Source of the DNA: Prevotella sp.
GTDB taxonomy: Bacteria > Bacteroidota > Bacteroidia > Bacteroidales > Bacteroidaceae
Reading direction: 5' to 3'
NCBI GenBank assembly: GCA_024680755.1
Contig: JAILBT010000037.1
Coordinates: 3,768-67,767, forward strand
DNA: 64,000 nucleotides
Positions 37,007 to 46,605 of this stretch are shown here, piece by piece. A program made the translations under genes and the position numbers. A model generated the notes under the pieces. It was not told where the DNA came from. It worked only from the letters and a program-made list of their open reading frames with translations, and made no database searches. How positions within the stretch are numbered: the first letter of the stretch is position 1; each line of letters opens with the position of its first letter.

Positions 37007-39694
37007 ATGAAAAAGTATATACCGTCTATTTACATGATACCCTTAGCGTGGCTGTGCCTGACCGCCTGTCAGGACACGGAGGACACGCTGAACGGTGCTG
37101 CCGGTGCAGCCGTCGGCACGGACATCCGTGTGGGTGGTGTCAGCACCGACCAGCTCGTGGCCCATGCTGCCGTGACCAGAGCCGACGGCGACGAGGCGGA
37201 GGAGGTGCAGCGCGACGACGCAGAGAACATACCGTGGCTCAGAGGCCCGCTGAAGAACGGACTGGCCATCACCTACGGCAAGACGATCGACGGCGTGAAG
37301 CGGTCGAAGGTGGCCATTCTTACTTTGCTGACCAATGTTGACGGCAGCATCAAGTATGCCGAAGATGACGAATTCGACGGCGGACAAGCGGCCGAGTACA
37401 GCTTCTTCTATAAATATAAGGACCGAGGAAACAGTGATGAGGCCGAGGCCACGCCCAGTGTCACTGCCCAGTGGTTTGACAACGGTGCCCACTTCTTCGA
37501 GGGTCTGCATGTGCCCGACCGCATCGTGACAGGAGCCACCGGCTTCCCCACCGACCTGACCACCGACCAGCATGGCGATGGCGACGGCGAGTCGGACGGC
37601 GGCACCTTCAGCGAGGCCGACATGGGCAACTACACACTGTTGTCGCACTATCTGAGTATGCCCTCCAACTATACCATCAATGCCACGGTGAAGCGCATCA
37701 AGCTGCCATTCCGCCACCGTCTGGCACGTGTGCTGGCCTATATACTGATAGACCCCACGATGGTCCACAGCGACAAGACGCGAGTGAAGATTGCGGGCTA
37801 CATGAAGGACAAGGATGGAAACGCCACGGCTAAGGAAGACCCCTCGACCTCTGAAATCAAGTTCTGCAACGTCAAGGTGCTCGACTATGTGGCCAACAAC
37901 GGCAACCAGGACCAGCCCTACCAGCCACGGTGGACTAAGGTGCGAAAGGCCATTCCACACTTCGTGGGCGAGCGTGGCAGCTATGATGACTCGAAGAATC
38001 AGTACCCTAACGACGCAGTGAAGAACGATTTCATAGCCTATTACAGCGTTGCCGACAAGACATATATCTATCCCACCGATAAAGACTGGGCAACGGCGCA
38101 TGGCAAGATCTACGATCCCACAACCAATCTCTCGTCCGACGGGAAATATGAGCGTACCAGCTACGGCACGGTGCCTGTCTATGACCTGATTGTGCGTCCC
38201 ACCTACACGACGCTCGGCAGGGTGATGTACGACGAGGACACCAGCACTAAAAGCCGCCAGGACTACATGGACGAAGAAAACCAGATAGAGTTTGAAATCA
38301 CGCTCGACAACGGGCTGAAGTATTCAAAGGTGTTCAACTTCGACCTCGATGCCAACTACCAGACGGTGGTCTATCTGCATATCAGCCACGAGCGGGTGGA
38401 TTATGACAACTCTGGCAGCGAGCTGTGGGTTGAGACCACCGGCTACGACGACTGGTATGGTGTGAACAACCAGAACGGCAACAATCTCTCCTTTGCCGGC
38501 AGCGGCTGGCAGCGCGCCTATACCTGCGGCAAGACGTTCACTGACAGGGTGACCGACGGCCATTACTACTATCAGGACGGCGAAGACCTTTACGCCCAGT
38601 ACGTCGATGATGCCACCTGGATAGAAATGTTCAGAGAGGCATACAAGGGCGGCAATCATCATGGCGACTACTTCATCCTGGAGCACGACATCAGCATACC
38701 GGCCGCCGCACTGCCTGATGGCTTTGTCTTCACCGGCCATCTTGACGGACTGGACCATACCATCACGCTCACCGACGGCACCTACACCCCGGCCTACGAC
38801 AGCTACGAAACGCCATACGGCAACGCCGCAGACACGAAGTATGTACGGTCGGGCGACACATGGACGGAGTTCACTCCCGCTGCCGGCGTGACCTATTACC
38901 AGAAGACCAACGACGGCACGGCCGATGTCTATACCGCCATCGCCGACATGAAGAGCTATGCCGGCGCAGTGGCCTACACCAAGGAGACCGTCACTACTTA
39001 CACCTACACATTAGCCACCGTCGCAGCCGTAAAGGCCGCCGCCGCTGCTGATGGGGCCACCTACTACCGGAAGGACGGTGAGAGCTATACTGCGATTAGC
39101 AACATAGAATATTATATCAGCGACGTCATTGCCACCATCTACACAAAAAATGGCGAAGACGAGTATTCGTCAGTCACAAGTGTAGCAGACCTTGATGACA
39201 GCGAGACGTATTACACCCATGAGAATGAGACCTATTCTCCTATCGCCAATCTTGCAGCCTATATCGGCATCTACACCCGCTCTTCCGATGAGACTGACGT
39301 TTACACCCCGATAGTATTCTACAAGAAAGTACACCACAAAGGAGTGTCGGGAGCTGGCTCCGCTTCGTCGGGCGCACATCTGTTCTCCGGTCTGAACGGA
39401 CACTACACCACTGCCCAGGAGGGGGACGCCTACACAGGGACGTGGGAGGCCAACGTGCACAAGGAGAGTGGCAAGTGGGTGCCTTACAAGTCGGCCACTG
39501 ACGGCTGGCGCGCAGAAATCATCAACACCAATATTGAGGGCGGCACCGTGTTCCCCGCCACCGCTGTCTATGGCACTGACATTACCGGCTATGTACACAA
39601 CTGCTGGGAAGGAGCTACCTACGACGGCGTCACCAACAGGTGGAGCGGCGGCAACAAGGTCACAGAGTACACACCGTCACTGCCGGAATACTGA
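37007..39694 (+). CDS. Large pilin-like lipoprotein 9 with C-terminal extension and Tyr/Thr-rich repeats
   Basis: LTAC, VTRA, LPFRHRLARV, YFILEHDI...FTGHLDGLDHTI. Confidence 0.7.
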   Translation: MKKYIPSIYMIPLAWLCLTACQDTEDTLNGAAGAAVGTDIRVGGVSTDQLVAHAAVTRADGDEAEEVQRDDAENIPWLRGPLKNGLAITYGKTIDGVKRSKVAILTLLTNVDGSIKYAEDDEFDGGQAAEYSFFYKYKDRGNSDEAEATPSVTAQWFDNGAHFFEGLHVPDRIVTGATGFPTDLTTDQHGDGDGESDGGTFSEADMGNYTLLSHYLSMPSNYTINATVKRIKLPFRHRLARVLAYILIDPTMVHSDKTRVKIAGYMKDKDGNATAKEDPSTSEIKFCNVKVLDYVANNGNQDQPYQPRWTKVRKAIPHFVGERGSYDDSKNQYPNDAVKNDFIAYYSVADKTYIYPTDKDWATAHGKIYDPTTNLSSDGKYERTSYGTVPVYDLIVRPTYTTLGRVMYDEDTSTKSRQDYMDEENQIEFEITLDNGLKYSKVFNFDLDANYQTVVYLHISHERVDYDNSGSELWVETTGYDDWYGVNNQNGNNLSFAGSGWQRAYTCGKTFTDRVTDGHYYYQDGEDLYAQYVDDATWIEMFREAYKGGNHHGDYFILEHDISIPAAALPDGFVFTGHLDGLDHTITLTDGTYTPAYDSYETPYGNAADTKYVRSGDTWTEFTPAAGVTYYQKTNDGTADVYTAIADMKSYAGAVAYTKETVTTYTYTLATVAAVKAAAAADGATYYRKDGESYTAISNIEYYISDVIATIYTKNGEDEYSSVTSVADLDDSETYYTHENETYSPIANLAAYIGIYTRSSDETDVYTPIVFYKKVHHKGVSGAGSASSGAHLFSGLNGHYTTAQEGDAYTGTWEANVHKESGKWVPYKSATDGWRAEIINTNIEGGTVFPATAVYGTDITGYVHNCWEGATYDGVTNRWSGGNKVTEYTPSLPEY

Positions 39695-42460
39695 TTGAAA
39701 CGAAGAATGAAGATTTTGCTACCGCATATATATTATATGAATATAAATCGTTTATTATACATCGGCATAGCGCTGCTCTTAGCAGGTTGCATTGACGACA
39801 CGGACACCATGCAACCTCAGGCGTTGCGCTACGACCTCTTAGGACGCGGCGTGTGCTTCAACGCCTCGCATGCTGAGCCGTTCACTACCCGGGTGACAAC
39901 CTCTCGTCACGACGGTAGCTTCAACGAGGGCGACCTGCTGACCATCTACCGGCAGTATTCATATAACAACGGCCTTTCCTTTGATGAAGTAGAAAGCCAC
40001 ACGGCCTATCGTGTCTATTGGCTGCAGACGAAGTATGCCCCCGGGACGACCACCGTCTCCTTGGGCGACGAGTGGATACCGAAACCCGGCGAGACGGGCT
40101 ATGACCCCGACAAAGACCCGAAGACATTCACTCAGACGAAGGCCGACTCGCTGACCTGGGACAACGGCAACACGGTGCGCTTCCGGGCGTGGTCGCGCAG
40201 CAATCTTGCCGCCGCCATCCCCAACAGCAAGGGGAAAGACAACAAGCACCGCTACTATCCTGACTACAGCGTGTCAGACTGGGTCACCGTGTCAGGACCC
40301 ACCGACGATGTGTCGCTGTCGATGAAGCACCTGGGCTGCCGCATAGGCATCGTCCCAAAGGCGGGCAATGAGCTATGGAGAGCGGAGATCTGTACCGAGG
40401 TGGAAGACTATATGTGGCCCGACAACTCCACCGACTATGCCCACGACGAGTCGCCAGACGAACATGGGAAGACGCTGGCCGAGGCTACAGAAGAACTCAA
40501 TGCCGTGCTGGCCGTATATAACCAGATGTGCATGCCTGCCGGTGTGGACATCCAGACCTCGCTGCTCACCACCATGACCAAGGCCAAATATGAGGCCGTG
40601 GAAACAGACCTCTCGACGATTCATACAGAAACGGATGGTATTGTTAACTTTGGGACGAAGACTGCTGAAGAGATTAGCACCGACGTGCAGCGCCCGCTGT
40701 TCTGCTCAAACGACGGCCGGCTGTACATGGTCACCATCCCTTACATCATGAGCAACGAAGCTGACCATAAGGGCGAGGCACTGACGTTGCCCGCCTGCAC
40801 GCGCTTCAGGGTGTGGCTCTACGACGTGAACGACGGCGACAAGGGCACCAACCACGAAGAGTCAAACTACCATATCCTGACGCTGGGCGATGTGAGGCGC
40901 GTGAACAGCAACGAACCCATGTTTCCCAACGGACTGGAGCTAAGGGCAGGCTACAGCTACCTCTTCAGCGTGGGCTATCACTACGACAAGTTCACCATCA
41001 CCCCGGCCGACGATTTCCGGTGGGTGGACACACCGGCCGTTTCGACCGACGGCTCAGACCAGAGCGTCAGCGAAGGGCCGTCGCCTAATTACGAATGGTG
41101 GACATCGGCCATCGCCCAGGCTGTCAACTTGGCCAAGACCGACAACACCGTAGGCTACAACCCTGTGTTTGAGATTGACACGCGAGAGGAATTCCTGGAG
41201 TTCATCAAACTGGTCAACGGCACTGCGGCCACCAAGACCAGCGGGCTGACGCGGGTGACAAAGACGGTGAAAGACCCTGACACGGACAAGGATATAGAGG
41301 TAGTAGAGTGGTATAAAGACACCGACATGGAGGACGGAAAGCCCAAGAAGGGAGCTACCCCTATAGACAAGAACAGTGAGGAGGCCGAGGGCTACATCTT
41401 CTACGAGCACTACTACCCCGCCAATGCCGACCAGAAAGCCTATTCCGTAGAGGACTATGTCCGCGGCCCCTACAGCTTCTATGACGAGAACCTCAACACC
41501 CACTTCACCGTCAAGCTAACGGCCGACATCGACCTGGCCGACTGGGAACTGGACCCTATAGGCGATGAGGACAGCAAGGTGGCTTTCCGTGGCGTGTTCG
41601 ACGGTTGCCACGAGGTCATCGATGGCTCCGGCAAGCGAACAGCCGATGTTGTCTATACGCTTAGGAACGTCAATGTGAAGGGTGGCTATCTGTTTGAGTA
41701 CTGCATGGATGTGGCCATCCGCAACCTGAAGATCGAGACCACCCACGACTTCAAGCTGCTCAAGACGGCCGAGGCCCATAACGAGTTGGGCTACGGTGCC
41801 TACATCGTGGGCATCAGCATCAAGGCACCGTCTGCCGGCAACCCCATCGCCACAACGCTCAAGGGCAGCAGCTATGTCGTGGCCTGCATATACCAGGGCA
41901 GGGCCACCGGCGCCATGATTGGCTCGGCCGACAACCTGAACATGTATGGCTGCATGATGGCGGCCGAGGGACTGGCACCGGGCACCGGCGCACTCCTGGG
42001 CGAATACATAGGCAGCGACCAGTTCTTCGCCCCGCAGACATCGAAGACCATCACCTGGGGACGCTTCATGGTGAACTATTACGACACTGGACTCTCGCCA
42101 GGCACCAATGCCGTGGGCAACATCGCTGATGCCTACAAACCCCAGCAGTATATCCGTGGCTCCTACTCCTACATTCTGAAAGCCAAGAACGACAACCTGA
42201 TAGACGACGAGGTGGACTGGAACAAACAGCTGACAGACGAAATGAAGAGGGGCTACTACGGTCTGGCTCCGTGGAAGGCACTGAACTATGCCATCTGGAG
42301 CTACAACAAAGTGGGCGATGCCGTGGCCATTCCGCAGAACAGTATGCTCCACTTCGAGAACAACAGCGACGGCTATGTGCACCGCTATCCCGAGCTGGTG
42401 GCCGGCGCACCCACGGAAGAGTATGTGGCAGACTGGAACGTGCTGGAACAGAATAACTGA
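39695..42460 (+). CDS. Large pilin-like lipoprotein 10 (start may be ATG 39707 or 39737)
   Basis: LAGC, TTRV, LSMKHLGCRI, VKLTADIDL...PIG...FRGVFDG. Confidence 0.7.
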   Translation: MKRRMKILLPHIYYMNINRLLYIGIALLLAGCIDDTDTMQPQALRYDLLGRGVCFNASHAEPFTTRVTTSRHDGSFNEGDLLTIYRQYSYNNGLSFDEVESHTAYRVYWLQTKYAPGTTTVSLGDEWIPKPGETGYDPDKDPKTFTQTKADSLTWDNGNTVRFRAWSRSNLAAAIPNSKGKDNKHRYYPDYSVSDWVTVSGPTDDVSLSMKHLGCRIGIVPKAGNELWRAEICTEVEDYMWPDNSTDYAHDESPDEHGKTLAEATEELNAVLAVYNQMCMPAGVDIQTSLLTTMTKAKYEAVETDLSTIHTETDGIVNFGTKTAEEISTDVQRPLFCSNDGRLYMVTIPYIMSNEADHKGEALTLPACTRFRVWLYDVNDGDKGTNHEESNYHILTLGDVRRVNSNEPMFPNGLELRAGYSYLFSVGYHYDKFTITPADDFRWVDTPAVSTDGSDQSVSEGPSPNYEWWTSAIAQAVNLAKTDNTVGYNPVFEIDTREEFLEFIKLVNGTAATKTSGLTRVTKTVKDPDTDKDIEVVEWYKDTDMEDGKPKKGATPIDKNSEEAEGYIFYEHYYPANADQKAYSVEDYVRGPYSFYDENLNTHFTVKLTADIDLADWELDPIGDEDSKVAFRGVFDGCHEVIDGSGKRTADVVYTLRNVNVKGGYLFEYCMDVAIRNLKIETTHDFKLLKTAEAHNELGYGAYIVGISIKAPSAGNPIATTLKGSSYVVACIYQGRATGAMIGSADNLNMYGCMMAAEGLAPGTGALLGEYIGSDQFFAPQTSKTITWGRFMVNYYDTGLSPGTNAVGNIADAYKPQQYIRGSYSYILKAKNDNLIDDEVDWNKQLTDEMKRGYYGLAPWKALNYAIWSYNKVGDAVAIPQNSMLHFENNSDGYVHRYPELVAGAPTEEYVADWNVLEQNN

Positions 42461-42462
42461 TA

Positions 42463-43605
42463 ATGCAAAACAGAAAAATGAAGGCAATGAAAAGAGCATT
42501 ATACATAGGTCTGACGGCGTTGCTCACGGCCTGTTCGGCCGACGACACCGACTTGCAGCAGACGGAGCAGCCACGAGGCCTCCGTCTCACCACGTCGGTG
42601 AACGACTTCGACGGTGAGGACGGCAGCCCAGTTACCCGCACCGACGTTGCGGGCACGGCCTTTACCGATGGCGACTGGATGAAGCTGAAAATCATCTGTC
42701 CATACAGCTCGCATACCGAGTTCTGCGAAACTACCTACGGTAACACCTACGACGCGATGTGGCTGTTCAAGTGGCAGGGCACGGACTGGACTGCGCTCAC
42801 CGCCGCCGACAAGGTTGACGTGGGCGGCAACTATAGGTTTACTGACTCTTACAACCTGCTCGGCCGGTACGAGGCGCAGCAGACACCCTACGTCTATACC
42901 GCCTCGACGTGGAACGAGAACGTGATATTTCTGGCCAACGGCACCAGATACTCGCAGTACAGCTATATCTTCGAGGCCGACCAGACCACACTGAAAAACT
43001 ATGTTAAGTCCGACCTGCTCTGGGCGCAGACCTACATGCAGACCGGCTCGTACAACGTTCATCTGGCCTTCAACCACGTCATGGCCTGCCTGAAAATCAG
43101 TGTCGCGGGAGCCGCACTGTCTGACAAGGCCGTCGTCACTGTCGAAGGCATGCCCGACATCGACCAGCGCGAGGTGGTGGTGGGCAACTATTATGCCGCG
43201 CGCAGCAAGGTAAACTCCGGCTACGGCTACCAGCAGAAGCACTGCTGCACGAAGGCCAACAACGGCAAGGTGCTCGGAGCAGTGTATATCAACGAAGCGG
43301 CTAACAGAGCAGAGGTACACCCCATGTCGGGCAACCCCGTCAATGAGCCGACGACGGTCGATTTCAACAACTCTTTCAAGACGCATCCCGGCAACCAGTT
43401 CGCCGAGATTCCCAACACAGGCACCTATACGGCCTATCGAGACGGCGCTACCAACGACTTCTATCTCATCGTGCCCCCCTGCACTCTGCCCGCCGGCAAG
43501 GGCGTCGTCTGGATTCGCGACGGAGCCAGCCGCCACAGCTACGAGCTGACCACGAAGACACTGGAACAGGGAAAGCGCTACACCATCAACATCAACCTAC
43601 CTTAG
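42463..43605 (+). CDS. Short fimbrillin-like lipoprotein 11 lacking the C-terminal W-strand (candidate anchor)
   Basis: LTAC, VTRT, SDLLWA, LAFNHVMACL; ends GKRYTININLP. Confidence 0.75.
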   Translation: MQNRKMKAMKRALYIGLTALLTACSADDTDLQQTEQPRGLRLTTSVNDFDGEDGSPVTRTDVAGTAFTDGDWMKLKIICPYSSHTEFCETTYGNTYDAMWLFKWQGTDWTALTAADKVDVGGNYRFTDSYNLLGRYEAQQTPYVYTASTWNENVIFLANGTRYSQYSYIFEADQTTLKNYVKSDLLWAQTYMQTGSYNVHLAFNHVMACLKISVAGAALSDKAVVTVEGMPDIDQREVVVGNYYAARSKVNSGYGYQQKHCCTKANNGKVLGAVYINEAANRAEVHPMSGNPVNEPTTVDFNNSFKTHPGNQFAEIPNTGTYTAYRDGATNDFYLIVPPCTLPAGKGVVWIRDGASRHSYELTTKTLEQGKRYTININLP

Positions 43606-43634
43606 GAACAAGTACTATATACAGTTTACAATCA

Positions 43635-43778
43635 TTTTTTAAGACAACGAATTAAAACGTATTACACGAATTACACAAATTAAGGTGGATAACACGAATA
43701 AAAATGAAATATACAAGTTAAAACGAATGACACGAATGAAGACAAAAGTACAAACTTTATTTAGTGTCAGTTTCTTAG
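43635..43778 (+). repeat. ACGAATT-family intergenic repeat, copy B
   Basis: Direct repeat of 9817-9903 with extra ACACGAAT-like units between the two shared blocks. Confidence 0.8.
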
Positions 43779-43790
43779 TAAGACCTTGAC

Positions 43791-46322
43791 ATGACAACAA
43801 ACAGAATATGTTGCTTTATGGCCCTGCTGGCTGTTGCCCTGCTGTCGGCTTGCTCTGAGACCGGGGAGGAGGCAGCAAGCACCACTGCGGACAGTGGCAA
43901 CGCCCGCAAACTGCAAGGCATAAAGACACTTATCGATGGGGGGACGATGACACGGGCCGCCTACACCCCTCTGGCCGACTATGTGGGCCGGCGCGACTTC
44001 AATAAGGACGACATCATCATGTTTACCAAGATCTGCCGTACAACGCCCGCCCCCATCGCCGCCTTCACCTATCCGCAGCTCAGTGGCACCACGCCGCTCT
44101 ATGAAGGCGTAGAGTTCCTGGCCGAGACAAAAGGCGGAGGATGGGCACGCACCAAACGCTTCAAGGCTCAGGGCGAGCCGGAGGATATTTACTGGTCAGA
44201 CGCCGAGAGCCCCCACACCTTCGAGGCTTACGGCATACCCAGCGACGTGACCGTGACCGGCACTGGCGACGACGCCATCACCACCAACCATTTCGACTGG
44301 AAAAGGGGAACCGCAATCATCGACGACAAGACCGCCACGTTCTACATGGGTTCGATAGGCAACCCGCGAGTGACCGACGGCGACATCATCGACTATACCC
44401 TGACCGCCGAGGAACAGGAAGCCAACAGCCAGGAGATAAAGGACAATAAGAACAACGTGATAGGCTACGACTACTACAATCCGAAACTGGAGAAAGAAGA
44501 CCTGCTGATAGCATACGACACACAGATGCAGGCAGAGCCGGGCGGCAGCGTGGCACTGGTGAAGTTCCATCACGCCCTGAGCAGCGTGCGCGTGGTGGTG
44601 AAGCTCAGCGGCTTCAGCTCTACCGATGCCGACAACAAGACGACGGTCAGCGACATGTATCTGCTGCATCAGCCCACCATGTATGTGTGGATGATGGACC
44701 AGTGGCAGACACAGCCGTTGCGCGCACATAACGACGGGTCGTCGGTGACCAACGACCAGCCACTGGTCAACAGTGCATGGGCTGGCGAGGCCACGATACC
44801 CTCCTTCGACCAGCGCAAGGACATGAAGCTCTGGATACCCAAGCCTGAAGGCTCCAACCCGGGCAAGAGCGACAACGAGTTCACCTTCTATGGCATCACC
44901 ACGCCGCAACCATCTACCTATATCAGCACGGTTTCCAACGAAACCTATAAGAAGACGCAACTCCGCTTCACCGTCACCTATCCCAACCCGCTGAAGCCCT
45001 CCGATATGGTACCCCATACCTACACTGCTGAACTGGACGATGTCTATTTCGAGCCGGGCTTCAACACCACCATCAACATCCAGCTGAACCACGAGGACGA
45101 GGAAATAACGGTCGGCGCAGAGTATGAGAGCTGGGAGTATATTGCCACGCCCGACCAGGGCGTGCTGAAGAAGAACTCCACCTTCCTGCAGGACACCAGC
45201 CACGACGGCACCGATTCAAGCTTAGAACACCCATACGTGACCATCGTCGGCGACGCGAAGGCTACCGCCGACGATGCCACCTGGCTGTATGAGTCGGCCG
45301 CAGACCACAAAATCTACGACATCTACGGCCACGACGGCTCTTCCGAGGCTCAGGCCTACCAGATTAGCACCGCCTTCCAGCTGGTGTCGTTTGCCTACGA
45401 GGTGAAAGGGGGCAGGGACTTCACCGGCAAGTATGTGCGTCTCGACGCCGACCTCACGCTGCAAAAAGAACCCGACAAGACGAAGTCGGAGATAGTGACT
45501 ACTTACGACGATCAGGGCAACATTAGCAACCAGAAAGAGATAGACGAAGCCCCCGACGCCATCAGCTGGATAGGCATAGGCGATGCCTCCAACCCCTTCA
45601 ACGGCACCTTCCTCGGCGGCCACCGCTTCATCCACCGCCTGAGCGGGCAGCCGCTGTTTGCCGCCCTCGGCCCCAATGCCAAGGTGAAGCAACTTCAGCT
45701 GAGTGCCATCAGCATTGGCAACGGCACAGGCAGTGCCGTCACTGGCGGCGGCATCTTCGCCGAGGTGAGCGCAGGCCGTATCAGCGGCTGCCGCGTGGTG
45801 GGCGACGTGACGTTGAGCGGCAGCACCGGTGGCTATGCCGGAGCCTTCGTGGGGCAGAACTTCATTGGCACGGATCTGGGGGCTCTCTACGCCAGCTATC
45901 ATGTCGGCAATACGAAAAGCACCGGCTCCACCACCCATGTGGGAGGACTGGTGGGCAACAACGGCAACGGCATAATCTCCGGTTGCTTCCAGGCGGGTGT
46001 GGTATCAGGCGGTTCAAGCTACAACATGGGCATAGCCGGCGACAACAGTGGCGACAATATCTATAACACCTACTTCAACAGCTCGCTCTTTACCTACAGT
46101 AGTTCCTCGGCACACGTTCAGCCCAAGACTACCGCCGAGATGACCAAACAGCAGTTTGTTGACGAACTGAACCAAGGCATCACAATATGGCGCACTGCCA
46201 CGACGGATGTGGCTGTGGATAACGAAGGCACTGAAAACGACGTTTATGGCCTTGGCCACACCGACTACGACGACTATAGGTACATATACCAGCCCGCGGG
46301 CTATCCATACCTGTCACAGTAG
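43791..46322 (+). CDS. Large pilin-like lipoprotein 12 with GLUG-like C-terminal region (candidate tip adhesin)
   Basis: LSAC, MTRA, YWSD, FHHALSSV, YQISTAFQL...RLDADL, FNGTFLGG, VGGLVG. Confidence 0.72.
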   Translation: MTTNRICCFMALLAVALLSACSETGEEAASTTADSGNARKLQGIKTLIDGGTMTRAAYTPLADYVGRRDFNKDDIIMFTKICRTTPAPIAAFTYPQLSGTTPLYEGVEFLAETKGGGWARTKRFKAQGEPEDIYWSDAESPHTFEAYGIPSDVTVTGTGDDAITTNHFDWKRGTAIIDDKTATFYMGSIGNPRVTDGDIIDYTLTAEEQEANSQEIKDNKNNVIGYDYYNPKLEKEDLLIAYDTQMQAEPGGSVALVKFHHALSSVRVVVKLSGFSSTDADNKTTVSDMYLLHQPTMYVWMMDQWQTQPLRAHNDGSSVTNDQPLVNSAWAGEATIPSFDQRKDMKLWIPKPEGSNPGKSDNEFTFYGITTPQPSTYISTVSNETYKKTQLRFTVTYPNPLKPSDMVPHTYTAELDDVYFEPGFNTTINIQLNHEDEEITVGAEYESWEYIATPDQGVLKKNSTFLQDTSHDGTDSSLEHPYVTIVGDAKATADDATWLYESAADHKIYDIYGHDGSSEAQAYQISTAFQLVSFAYEVKGGRDFTGKYVRLDADLTLQKEPDKTKSEIVTTYDDQGNISNQKEIDEAPDAISWIGIGDASNPFNGTFLGGHRFIHRLSGQPLFAALGPNAKVKQLQLSAISIGNGTGSAVTGGGIFAEVSAGRISGCRVVGDVTLSGSTGGYAGAFVGQNFIGTDLGALYASYHVGNTKSTGSTTHVGGLVGNNGNGIISGCFQAGVVSGGSSYNMGIAGDNSGDNIYNTYFNSSLFTYSSSSAHVQPKTTAEMTKQQFVDELNQGITIWRTATTDVAVDNEGTENDVYGLGHTDYDDYRYIYQPAGYPYLSQ

Positions 46323-46359
46323 CGGCGCGGACATCATTCCTGTGTGCTTATTTCGCAAT

Positions 46360-46397
46360 GCAGGCTTCCTGCCCTCCGTTGAGGGCAGGAAGCCTGC
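46360..46397. terminator. 17-bp hairpin closing the pilus locus
   Basis: GCAGGCTTCCTGCCCTC-CGTT-GAGGGCAGGAAGCCTGC; no immediate U-tail. Confidence 0.6.
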
Positions 46398-46605
46398 GCC
46401 CGTATGTGGGGTGGGCTCGCTTTATTTCTTTATATTTCCGAAACCGCCATTTCCGAAACCGTCATTTCTGATGCAAAGGTAACAACATTACACGACCTAT
46501 GCAAATGTTTTTAGCGCAAATATGCGAAAAAGCCAGAAAACAGGTGCCCTTTGGACACCTGTTTCTTCGCCCCCCTCTTGAGAGTGGTCTCTTTCAGCGT
46601 TCATG

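Noticed and set aside
8309-46322. Pilus locus as a prophage or ICE
   Set aside because: No integrase, relaxase, conjugation or phage structural genes, and no att-like terminal repeats detected.
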